Below, piece after piece: positions 31,279 to 39,475 of a DNA stretch of 64,000 bases. The position numbers and the translations under genes were made by a program. The notes below the pieces were generated by a model. That model was not told the origin of the DNA, did not search any database, and worked only from the letters and a program-made list of their open reading frames with translations. The first letter of the stretch is position 1; the number at the start of each line of letters is the position of its first letter. This DNA comes from an uncultured Actinomycetes bacterium (GTDB lineage Bacteria > Actinomycetota > Acidimicrobiia > Acidimicrobiales > RAAP-2). The stretch is taken from assembly GCA_903860915.1 (NCBI GenBank), contig CAIOSJ010000008.1, positions 36,573-100,572 of the forward strand, read 5' to 3'.

Positions 31279-31778
31279 AAGAGTAATTCGGTGGTAGTCG
31301 CACCGACTGTGGAAATGGTGACGTCAGGATTTTCTGGTTCTTCGTAGGGGTCGCTCACGCCAGTCATATGACTCGTGGCACCGGAACGTGCCGTGGCGTA
31401 GAGAGCCTTAGCGTCCCGTGATTCGCAGACGTCAAGGGGCGTTGCCACGTAGACCTCGAAAAACCTAAGACCATCACTGTGGTGCGCGCTACGAACGCCG
31501 CGCCGCGCCTCAGCTCTCGGAGAAATCAAGGACACGACGGCAACGCAGCCCTGCGTATTAAGGAGTTGGGCGATCGCTCCGGCCCGCCGAACACTCTCAT
31601 CGCGGTCGCTCGCTGAGTAGCCCAAATCGGCCGACAAGTGGCGGCGCAGGGCGTCACCATCTAGCAGGATGGCGAGCCGCCCCTCGGCGCGTAGTTCTTC
31701 CACGAGGGCCGCTGCGGTTGTTGTCTTTCCTGCGCCGGAGAGACCGGTAAACCACACCGTGAGGCCTTGAGAACTCAT
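31251..31778 (-). CDS. cysC: Adenylyl-sulfate (APS) kinase
   Basis: VWFTGLSGAGKTT, LDGDALR, DLGYS..DRDE, SLISP, EVYVATPLDVCESRDAKALY, TGVSDPYEEP. Confidence 0.95.
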   Translation of the reverse strand: MSSQGLTVWFTGLSGAGKTTTAAALVEELRAEGRLAILLDGDALRRHLSADLGYSASDRDESVRRAGAIAQLLNTQGCVAVVSLISPRAEARRGVRSAHHSDGLRFFEVYVATPLDVCESRDAKALYATARSGATSHMTGVSDPYEEPENPDVTISTVGATTTELLFQIRSELTL

Positions 31779-31784
31779 GGGTCT

Positions 31785-31848
31785 ACCGTACTTGACTCGA
31801 CCCGACGCCGTGCGCCCACCGGGTTGCGGGCGCGGGTAACGGTAGGCT
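31785..31848. promoter_or_regulatory. Back-to-back leaderless promoters for cysC (-10 TACGGT, minus 31785-31790) and the phosphomannomutase gene (-10 TAGGCT, plus 31843-31848)
   Basis: Each TANNNT lies exactly 6 nt before its start codon; no SD sequences. Confidence 0.6.
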
Positions 31849-31854
31849 CTGCAC

Positions 31855-33210
31855 GTGAATACTCGCGACGTGTTTAAGGCCTACGACATTCGAGGTACCT
31901 ACCCTGATCAGTTGAACGAGCAACTCCTGCGCGCCATCGGTTCGGCCTTCGCCACCTTCGCCGCCGTTCCCCACATTGTCATTGCTCGCGATATGCGTCC
32001 TTCGGGCGTCACCCTCGCTACCGCTTTTGCTGAAGGGGCTCGGGCGGTGGGCGTCGCGGTGACTGATTTAGGGCTCGCGTCCACGGATTTTTTGTACTTC
32101 GCCGCTGGCCATCTCGACATGCCGGGCGCCATGTTCACGGCTTCGCATAATCCGGCGCAGTACAACGGGATTAAGTTGTGCTTGTCGGGCGCGCGTCCAG
32201 TGGGCGTCGATACTGGACTCTCAGAAATTGAACGCCTGACTCAGCATTTTTACGAAGTACCCGCCTCCGGACCGCTGGCAGATTTCGATGAGCTGAATTT
32301 ACTCACCGAGTGGGTGGACCACGTTCGTTCCTTCGTTGACGTCACATCTCTGCGGCCGTTGCGCGTCGTGGCGGACACCGCCAATGGAATGGGTGGCTTC
32401 GTAGCCCCGTTGGTTTTTGACGGCCTCGGCTTGGACCTAGAGATTCTCTATCCGGAACTCGACGGCACCTTTCCCAATCACCCCGCCGACCCCATCCAGC
32501 CGGAAAATTTGCGCGACTTGCAACAGCGCGTGTTGGAAACGGCAGCCGATGTGGGCTTAGCCTTCGACGGGGACGCTGATCGAGTCTTTTTAATAAACGA
32601 AAAAGCGGAGCCCGTTTCCGGGTCGACCACCACGGCCATGGTGGCCGCCGCCATGCTGCGCCGTCACCCCGGGGCGACAATTCTTCACAATCTCATTTGC
32701 TCTAAGGCCGTCCCTGAGGTGATCGCCGAAGGTGGGGGTACCGCGGTTCGCACCCGGGTGGGGCATAGCTACATCAAGCAGTTGATGGCAGAGACGGGAG
32801 CAGTCTTTGGCGGTGAGCACTCGGGGCACTACTACTTTCGAGATAATTACCGAGCCGATTCGGGCATTATTACCGCCCTGGTTGTTTTGGAGCTACTCAG
32901 CGATTCGGGAGGCACCCTTTCCGAACTCGCCGCACCCTTCGAGCGCTATCGCGCGTCGGGCGAAATAAATACTGAGGTTCCCGACCCCAGCGCTTCGGTG
33001 AACGCGGTAGCTGCCCTCTTGACATCCCGGGGGGTAAGCGTTGACCGCCTCGATGGCTTGACGGCCACCTACGACACCTGGTGGTTCAATTTGCGCCCCT
33101 CCAATACCGAGCCCCTCCTACGACTGAATGTCGAAGCGTCAACGGACGAGGAACTCGCCCGACGTATCGAAGAAATTTCTCGGCTCATTGCCTCAACGAA
33201 AGGAAAATAA
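31855..33210 (+). CDS. manB: Phosphomannomutase/phosphoglucomutase
   Basis: FKAYDIRG, FTASHNP, DGTFPNHPADP, FDGDADR, GGEHSGHYYF, RPSNTEPLLRLNVE. Confidence 0.95.
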   Translation: MNTRDVFKAYDIRGTYPDQLNEQLLRAIGSAFATFAAVPHIVIARDMRPSGVTLATAFAEGARAVGVAVTDLGLASTDFLYFAAGHLDMPGAMFTASHNPAQYNGIKLCLSGARPVGVDTGLSEIERLTQHFYEVPASGPLADFDELNLLTEWVDHVRSFVDVTSLRPLRVVADTANGMGGFVAPLVFDGLGLDLEILYPELDGTFPNHPADPIQPENLRDLQQRVLETAADVGLAFDGDADRVFLINEKAEPVSGSTTTAMVAAAMLRRHPGATILHNLICSKAVPEVIAEGGGTAVRTRVGHSYIKQLMAETGAVFGGEHSGHYYFRDNYRADSGIITALVVLELLSDSGGTLSELAAPFERYRASGEINTEVPDPSASVNAVAALLTSRGVSVDRLDGLTATYDTWWFNLRPSNTEPLLRLNVEASTDEELARRIEEISRLIASTKGK

Positions 33211-33211
33211 C

Positions 33212-33415
33212 GTGCCCCTGGACAGTTTTTTACTGAGTGTGATCGTTGACCCCATTGACCACGGTCCCTTGACCTACGTCGAAGTCGATTCGATCTTGTA
33301 CAACCCGCGTCGGCACGTGATCTACGTGGTGCGTGACTCCATTCCCGTTCTCCTGCCCGGAGAGGCGCGTGACGCTTCGGCCGAGGAAATTGAACGATAC
33401 GGCGCTCTGGCTTGA
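33212..33415 (+). CDS. Trm112/UPF0434 family protein
   Basis: LLSVIVDPIDHGPL...YVVRDSIPVLLPGEAR; RBS AAGGA; conserved position after manB. Confidence 0.85.
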   Translation: MPLDSFLLSVIVDPIDHGPLTYVEVDSILYNPRRHVIYVVRDSIPVLLPGEARDASAEEIERYGALA

Positions 33416-33460
33416 TTGTGAGTTTGGCTAGCGGCGACGCGGGACAAGCAACGCGATTGG

Positions 33461-33482
33461 CTCTGTCATTAGGATGTTAGAG
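33461..33482 (+). promoter_or_regulatory. Imperfect inverted repeat around a -10 box (TAGGAT), candidate TetR operator
   Basis: CTCTgtCAT-TAGG-ATGttAGAG (7 of 9 pairs); TANNNT at 33470-33475; RBS GAGGAG before ATG 33499. Confidence 0.4.
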
Positions 33483-33498
33483 AGGAAAATGAGGAGCT

Positions 33499-34236
33499 AT
33501 GAGCCGTCGTATCGCCCTGCTTAACGATGCACGACACTACGTCGGCCCCGAACTGGCCCGAGCCTTCGCTCGCCGTAACCATGATCTAGTGATTGGCGAG
33601 GCATCGGATGAACTCGTTGGTGAGTTAGAGAACCTGGGCGCCCGCGTCGTTAATGTACAGGGTGTGAGCAACCTCACTGAGCCGCAGGCTGCACCACTGC
33701 TGGTCGAATCAGCGCTGGCGGAATTTGGACGCTTCGATGCCGCCGTCGCCTTTTCTGGTCAGATCATTCCCGGTCGTTTTCTCGATTCCAGTATCGAGGA
33801 CTTGAGGTCTATTGTTTCGGGCTGCCTCGAAGGCCCCTACCATTTTCTCAAGGCGGTTGCGCCACCACTCGTGGCCCAGGGTGCGGGCCAGATAGTTCTC
33901 ATCACCAGTGCGGCGGGTGCGCGACCGACCAAGGGAGCGGCGCTCTATTCTTCGGTACGAGCGGCCGCGTCGATGATGGCGCGAAATTTAGCGGCAGATA
34001 TCGCACCGCACGGCGTGCAGGTTAACGCCATCGGGACCAACTTCATGGATTTCCCAGAATTTCATGCGGCTTCGGGTACTAATGATCCCGTCCGCCGTGC
34101 GGCTCTTGAGGCCCGTGTGCCGCTGCGACGAATGGGTGGCCTGGAAGAATTCGCCAACTTCTCTATGGCCTTTTTGGATGGCAGCAGTGGCTTCACGACT
34201 GGTCAGTTTGTGGCCTACGCCGGCGGCTGGGCGTAG
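33499..34236 (+). CDS. hheG: Halohydrin dehalogenase, G-type (HheG-like) SDR
   Basis: No TGxxxGxG; N9-X4-Y14-X-G16 instead; triad S137-X12-Y150-X3-R154 (Arg, not Lys); GVQVNAIGTNFMDFP, VPLRRMG, LDGSSGFTTGQF, GGW as recalled for HheG. Confidence 0.85.
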   Translation: MSRRIALLNDARHYVGPELARAFARRNHDLVIGEASDELVGELENLGARVVNVQGVSNLTEPQAAPLLVESALAEFGRFDAAVAFSGQIIPGRFLDSSIEDLRSIVSGCLEGPYHFLKAVAPPLVAQGAGQIVLITSAAGARPTKGAALYSSVRAAASMMARNLAADIAPHGVQVNAIGTNFMDFPEFHAASGTNDPVRRAALEARVPLRRMGGLEEFANFSMAFLDGSSGFTTGQFVAYAGGWA

Positions 34237-34238
34237 TC

Positions 34239-34835
34239 GTGAAGGAAGATGCAGTCCTGAGCAAAACCGATGGTCGCGTCCATCGCCGTATCGAGAACCG
34301 TGACCGCGTACTGATGTCTGCGGTACGCCTCTTTTCACAAGGCGTGTGGCCGACGCACGAAGAGGTATCGACCGCTAGCGGCCTTTCCTTGCGTTCAATT
34401 TACCGTTATTTTGAAACGACCGACCAGCTCATCCTTGTGGCCATTCACCGCAGTTACGCTGTTTTATCGTCTTTCAATCAGATCCCCAATTTAGGACGAG
34501 GAGACCTCGATTCACGAATTGTCGCTTTCGTAGACCTTCGCCTGGACGTGTACAAGCGTTTTGGGACAACCTATCGAATGGTGCGACAGATGCAAGACCG
34601 CCACACGGCCTTACCAGGCGAACTACTTAAGGGTCGCCTACAACATCGGCTCCAGACGCAGGCTCACTTCGCAGAAGAAATCAAGGCCGGTGTGGATACA
34701 ACTGCGCTCGACATTCTCGTCACACCGGAGAGTTTGGACTACTTCACTATGACGCTGGGGCTCACACTCGATGAAACGAAGATCACCATTGTCAAGACTT
34801 TTCGACAAATACTACGGATACCGGAGAAATTGTGA
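34239..34835 (+). CDS. TetR/AcrR family transcriptional regulator
   Basis: DGRVHRRIENRDRVL..A..LF, PTHEEVSTASGLSLRSIYRYF helix-turn-helix. Confidence 0.88.
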   Translation: MKEDAVLSKTDGRVHRRIENRDRVLMSAVRLFSQGVWPTHEEVSTASGLSLRSIYRYFETTDQLILVAIHRSYAVLSSFNQIPNLGRGDLDSRIVAFVDLRLDVYKRFGTTYRMVRQMQDRHTALPGELLKGRLQHRLQTQAHFAEEIKAGVDTTALDILVTPESLDYFTMTLGLTLDETKITIVKTFRQILRIPEKL

Positions 34836-35644
34836 GCCCTCGTTACGAACAGCCCAGTCCCCGTTACGGGGCCATTGACTACGACTACGCCAGTACGATG
34901 GCGTCCCTCGATCCGGCAGATGACGGTCCGGTCTGGATGGTCAATCTGATGAAGTACCGCGAGCGAGCTGAGTACAGCGATGGGCGCAAAACTAACTTCA
35001 CCGGCGCCGAAGCTGATGACCTCTACGCCCCGCTCGAAATTCTCGCGGAACTCGGTGCCGAAGTTGCTTTTTTCGGGACGGTCCAGTCACAGATTGTGGG
35101 TGAGTCCCCCCAGTGGGACCGGGTGGGCGTGGTCAAGTACCCCACGCGTGCATCCTTTATCGCAATGCAGACGCGACCCGACTTTATGGCGAAGCACCAC
35201 CATAAGGAAGCCGGTATGGAATTCACCATCATCGTCGGTAGCACGCCGCCGCCAACAACGACCACGCTCGGGGAACTTCCTTCGTGGACCGAGGTGGAGT
35301 TTCCCGCCGTGCGACCAGATTTCCCGGTCGTCGTGCTCCACTTGTCGAGTACGCCACTGCAAGTTTTTCGTCCCGAGGACGTCAATGCGCGCGTGGCTCT
35401 CCGTCACGGCCTACGACCCGGTGGAACGTGGCCCGTCGAGGGCACCATCATTGGCGACGATCGTCGTTGGAGCGAAGTGCGTTGGGACGCCTATCCTTCA
35501 CGGGCGGCCTTTGACGCCGTGGCCTACGACCCCGAACGATTGGCCGCCGTGGCGACGAGCGAACCATCTGAAGGGCGCGATGAATACGTACTCGTCGTGC
35601 GGCCCTTTATTGACACCATTACTAAATCACTCCACAAGAACTAG
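34832..35644 (+). CDS. Tandem DUF1330-like (dimeric alpha/beta barrel) protein
   Basis: DGPVWMVNLMKYRERAEY, WDRVGVVKYPTRASF; second degenerate copy WSEVRWDAYPSRAAF; GTGA coupling to TetR. Confidence 0.7.
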   Translation: MSPRYEQPSPRYGAIDYDYASTMASLDPADDGPVWMVNLMKYRERAEYSDGRKTNFTGAEADDLYAPLEILAELGAEVAFFGTVQSQIVGESPQWDRVGVVKYPTRASFIAMQTRPDFMAKHHHKEAGMEFTIIVGSTPPPTTTTLGELPSWTEVEFPAVRPDFPVVVLHLSSTPLQVFRPEDVNARVALRHGLRPGGTWPVEGTIIGDDRRWSEVRWDAYPSRAAFDAVAYDPERLAAVATSEPSEGRDEYVLVVRPFIDTITKSLHKN

Positions 35645-35664
35645 AGAAAGAAGTAGGGCGGAAT

Positions 35665-37920
35665 ATGAAACAGTACGAAAAGTTTGAGGGAAAAATCGGT
35701 CGCACCTTTGCGGAATCGACCCCCTGGTGGCCAACACCCGTGCACCCCGGACCGGACGCCCCCAACGTCGTCGTTATTCTCATTGACGACCTGGGCTTCT
35801 CCCACTTCAATTGCTTCGGCTCCGACCTCGACACTCCGAACATCGATCGCTTGGCGGCCGGCGGACTGCGGTACTCCAATTTTCACGTAACCCCGTTGTG
35901 TTCGCCCACGCGTGCGGCCCTCTTGACGGGTCGCAACCACCACTCGGTGGGCATGCGCGGAATCTCGAACTGGAATAGTGGCTTCCCGCACATGCGCGGA
36001 GTGGTGTCGAACCACGCCGCCACTATGGGCGAAGTCTTCAAAGAAGCGGGCTACACCACCTTCGCCATCGGCAAGTGGCACTTGACCCAAATGGAAAATG
36101 CTTCGTCGGCCGGCCCCTTCGATCACTGGCCCCTGTCGCGAGGATTCGACCGCTACTACGGCTTCCTCGACGGTGAGACGGACCAGTTCGCTCCCGACCT
36201 CGTGTACGACAACCACCGCGTGGACCCGTCGAAGACGGCGGAGGAGGGCTATCACCTCAGTGAAGACCTCGTCGATCACGCGATTGGCTTTATTCACGAT
36301 ACGAAGTCGATCCGCCCCGACCGCCCCTTCTTTACCTACTTCGCATTTGGCGCCATGCACGCGCCGCACCAGGCTCCTCGGGCCTACCTCGACAAGCACA
36401 AGGGACGTTACGACGAAGGCTGGGACGTTGCGCGTGAGAAGTGGTTCGCCAAGCAAAAGACCCTTGGGCTGGTGACAGCGGACACTCAATTAGCCCCACG
36501 TAATTTTGGCGTGGAGGCGTGGGACGACCTGCCGGAAGACCAACGAAAGTTGGCCTGCCGTCTGCAGGAAGCCTTCGCCGCTTTCCTAGAGCACACGGAC
36601 GCTCAAATTGGTCGGCTCGTAGACGAGTTGGAAGCCCTGGGCGAGCTCGACAACACGATCATCATGCTGATGAGTGACAACGGAGCGAGTCAGGAGGGCG
36701 GGCCCTTTGGCATCTTGCACGAAATGAAGTTCTTCAATTTCGTTTTGGAAAGTCCGGACGAAGCGGTGGAGCACCTCGATGAAATCGGTGGACCCCACAG
36801 CCACTCGAACTACCCCTGGGGTTGGGCCCAGGCCGGAAATACCCCCTTTAAGTGGTACAAGCAAAATACCCACGAGGGCGGGGTCCACGTCCCGCTGATT
36901 GTGCACTGGCCAAAGGGCATCTCCGACCAGGGCGGGATCCGTCGGCAGTGGGCCTACGTCACAGACATCTCGGCCACCGTCTACGACGTCGCAGGGGTCA
37001 GCGTGCCCGATACGGTGAAGGGCTTTGAGCAGATGCCCATGGCCGGAGTATCGCTGAAGTCGACCTTCGCCGCGGACCGCGACGGGACTCTTCCGCGTAC
37101 TCAGTACTTCGAAATGGGCGGGCACCGCGCCATCTACCGTGATGGTTGGAAGGCCGTGACGCGTCACACGCCGACCGTGGCCTTTGATAATGACAAGTGG
37201 GAGCTGTACCACGTCGAAGAAGATTTGTCAGAGTTCAACGATCTCGCCAGTGCTGAGCCCGAACGCTTGGCCGAAATGGTTGCACTCTGGTGGGCCGAGG
37301 CCGAAGAGTACGGAGTGTTGCCGCTGGACGACCGAGGTTTAGAACTCTTCGGGGCACGATTCCGTGATAATTCTCCCCACCCCCTCAGTCGTCACTACAC
37401 CTACCTGCCGCCCGTGAGTGCCATCCCGGCCCAAGTAGCGGCCGGTGTGGGCGGACGCAGTTGGGACCTTGACGCCTCGATTACTCGGGTGGCCGGGCAG
37501 AACGGTGTGATGTGCGCCTTCGGTACGGAGAATGCTGGACTCGGTTTCTTTCTAAAGAATGATCACCTGTACTTCGACTACAACGTTTTTGGTGAGCACC
37601 ACATGATCGTTTCGGATCGGGTGGTCCCGGAGGGTAAGTCCAGCGTCGGCGTGCGTTTTCGCCGTCTCGATGAGGGCGGATCAGCCAGCATCGTAATCAA
37701 TGGTGAGGACGCTGGAAGCATGGAGTTTCCCTTCGTAATGAGAATTATTTCCAGCATTGGCATGTCGGTAGGAGAAGACAAGGGGTCGCCGGTGTCCTTG
37801 GAGTATCACGGCCCCTTCCCCTTCGAAGGCACACTTCACCAACTCGATATTCAACTAGTGTCGCCTCGCGATGCGGCGGCGGCGGAGGCTGATGCTCGAG
37901 AAGGAATGGCGCGCCAGTAG
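35665..37920 (+). CDS. Cys-type arylsulfatase (AtsA-like) with C-terminal lectin/LamG-like domain
   Basis: PNVVVILIDDLG, CSPTRAALLTGRNHH (CxPxR FGly motif), IGKWHL, MSDNGAS, HEGGVHVP, WELYH..EDLSE; no signal peptide seen. Confidence 0.95.
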   Translation: MKQYEKFEGKIGRTFAESTPWWPTPVHPGPDAPNVVVILIDDLGFSHFNCFGSDLDTPNIDRLAAGGLRYSNFHVTPLCSPTRAALLTGRNHHSVGMRGISNWNSGFPHMRGVVSNHAATMGEVFKEAGYTTFAIGKWHLTQMENASSAGPFDHWPLSRGFDRYYGFLDGETDQFAPDLVYDNHRVDPSKTAEEGYHLSEDLVDHAIGFIHDTKSIRPDRPFFTYFAFGAMHAPHQAPRAYLDKHKGRYDEGWDVAREKWFAKQKTLGLVTADTQLAPRNFGVEAWDDLPEDQRKLACRLQEAFAAFLEHTDAQIGRLVDELEALGELDNTIIMLMSDNGASQEGGPFGILHEMKFFNFVLESPDEAVEHLDEIGGPHSHSNYPWGWAQAGNTPFKWYKQNTHEGGVHVPLIVHWPKGISDQGGIRRQWAYVTDISATVYDVAGVSVPDTVKGFEQMPMAGVSLKSTFAADRDGTLPRTQYFEMGGHRAIYRDGWKAVTRHTPTVAFDNDKWELYHVEEDLSEFNDLASAEPERLAEMVALWWAEAEEYGVLPLDDRGLELFGARFRDNSPHPLSRHYTYLPPVSAIPAQVAAGVGGRSWDLDASITRVAGQNGVMCAFGTENAGLGFFLKNDHLYFDYNVFGEHHMIVSDRVVPEGKSSVGVRFRRLDEGGSASIVINGEDAGSMEFPFVMRIISSIGMSVGEDKGSPVSLEYHGPFPFEGTLHQLDIQLVSPRDAAAAEADAREGMARQ

Positions 37921-39009
37921 TTACAGCTGGGTCACTACGTAGCCCGTGGCCGGATCAATAGAACCTTCCAGCACGGCGCGATACGCGGCCATGCTGGCCT
38001 CGTCATCGGTCACGGGGAGAATGACGAGCCAATTCTTAACCCACTCAACGAAGTAATCCCACGCTACGGAAATCTTGTCTTCGAAGCCGTCGCGACCCCA
38101 GTCGGTGCGGCGCTTCGCTATTTGGACGGGGGCGAAGAGGAATTCCGGCTTAGGCCCGGCCAGATCGCCGCTGATCTCGTCGTGGTTGTCCCAGTGAGTG
38201 TCACCGACGATCATGGAATACTTCAAATTATTCCCGAAGTGGGCGTGGAGGGTAAAGGTGACGTCGCGGCGACCGGCGACGTCAACGTAGACCGACGGCG
38301 TAAGAGGTAATTCCCCAACCTGGTCGTAGGTGAGTACTTCGTCGTAGCAAGCTAGGGATTGGCAGAACTCGAGATTCCCGGGCGAGGTCAGTCCCACGAT
38401 GCGCAGGTCTGATCCGTGCGTCTGACGGAGTCCAACGACGCTTCCGAGGGAGGTTTTGGCGGAGGCGCTGGAAACGATAATCGTCGTTGCTCCGAAGAAG
38501 TCGTGGTCGACGAGGAAGTCGTTCATCACAAACGAGGTGGTGAAGAGGGGTCGCAATAAGAGTATGTAGGGTTCATTCTCGACGCTGTACTGCTTGTCAG
38601 TGCTGGTGTAGGCGTAACGGTTGTAGACGGTGGGGAGCTTCTGTCGATGGGGGGCCATGTCATTGAAACCGCTGTCATCAAATCGGCCCGGCTCCACGAT
38701 TAATTCGGAACCGAAGGGAAAGTAGCCAAAGACGCGAGTGCCCACGGCTAGGGCTGAGTTCTTGCTTTCCACCACGTCGGCGAAGCCCCAGACGGGCATG
38801 ACGCCCCATTCGCCCCGGTCGGCTTCGATGCGGGTGGGGAAGAATTCCCAGTACTGCATCATGTCGCCAAAAACGGCGTAGGTGATGTTGTTGGCGGTGA
38901 TGCCGTAGGTCGAGATGGCGAAGCGAGCTTGCCCGACTTCGAGGTCGCGCGCCACTGGTTCGCTACAGCGAATGGTGTGGAGATCGGTTCGATTGATTTG
39001 CATTTCCAT
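37921..39009 (-). CDS. DUF2855 family protein (MDR-like fold)
   Basis: YGITANNITYAVFGD...YWEFFP, PVWGFADVVES, GYFP, LRPLFTTSF, SSASAKT, GLTSPGN. Confidence 0.82.
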   Translation of the reverse strand: MEMQINRTDLHTIRCSEPVARDLEVGQARFAISTYGITANNITYAVFGDMMQYWEFFPTRIEADRGEWGVMPVWGFADVVESKNSALAVGTRVFGYFPFGSELIVEPGRFDDSGFNDMAPHRQKLPTVYNRYAYTSTDKQYSVENEPYILLLRPLFTTSFVMNDFLVDHDFFGATTIIVSSASAKTSLGSVVGLRQTHGSDLRIVGLTSPGNLEFCQSLACYDEVLTYDQVGELPLTPSVYVDVAGRRDVTFTLHAHFGNNLKYSMIVGDTHWDNHDEISGDLAGPKPEFLFAPVQIAKRRTDWGRDGFEDKISVAWDYFVEWVKNWLVILPVTDDEASMAAYRAVLEGSIDPATGYVVTQL

Positions 39010-39216
39010 GAGTGGACGCCCTTCGCGATAGATGCTGCGGATTTACACTAACAACCTTGACACCCCGTAATGGGAAACACTGCTGTACCGCAACCACCTA
39101 CCCACCACGACCTCGAGGCCCTGAGCGCCTCGAGCCGTCTCTAATCCCCATGTCACAACGAATTGCGATGATGAATTGATTCTGGGGTGACTACGAATAG
39201 TGACTCAGGTCTGATG

Positions 39217-39246
39217 TTGACAGATGTAATACAAATGTATTACAAT
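39217..39246 (+). promoter_or_regulatory. Sigma-A type promoter with overlapping perfect palindromic operator
   Basis: TTGACA (39217-22), 18 nt, TACAAT (39241-46), ATG 5 nt later; TGTAATAC-AAAT-GTATTACA inverted repeat at 39225-39244. Confidence 0.85.
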
Positions 39247-39251
39247 AAAGT

Positions 39252-39473
39252 ATGGCCCCTCCATCAAAACCGAAAGTAGTCCAGCCGTCGCAGATGTTCG
39301 CGGCGACCTCGAGAAGTAAATCGGCACCATCGAGCCAGCTCGTGAGTGTTCGACTCCCCGTTGAATTACTTGAACGTTTGGCCGATGTTGGCAACGTTCA
39401 AGGTCTCGCTATGAGCGACACCATCCGTCTCGTTCTCGAACGGGGCTTATCCGCCAAAAAGAAAGGGAAGTAA
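39252..39473 (+). CDS. Ribbon-helix-helix (CopG/MetJ/Arc) DNA-binding protein
   Basis: SQLVSVRLP (beta strand), VELLERLADVG (helix A), MSDTIRLVLERGL (helix B); basic tail. Confidence 0.82.
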   Translation: MAPPSKPKVVQPSQMFAATSRSKSAPSSQLVSVRLPVELLERLADVGNVQGLAMSDTIRLVLERGLSAKKKGK

Positions 39474-39475
39474 TC

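Noticed and set aside
33499-34236. Ordinary NAD(P)-dependent SDR such as FabG
   Set aside because: Lacks TGxxxGxG and has YxxxR rather than YxxxK
35665-39009. Formylglycine-generating enzyme next to the Cys-type sulfatase
   Set aside because: No FGE (RGGSxxC) or radical-SAM CxxxCxxC gene in the window; maturation must be encoded elsewhere
39070-39144. 24-aa ORF MGNTAVPQPPTHHDLEALSASSRL and an 8-bp hairpin at 39112-39134
   Set aside because: No SD or properly spaced -10, no recognisable motif, and a hairpin this short is expected by chance at this GC content
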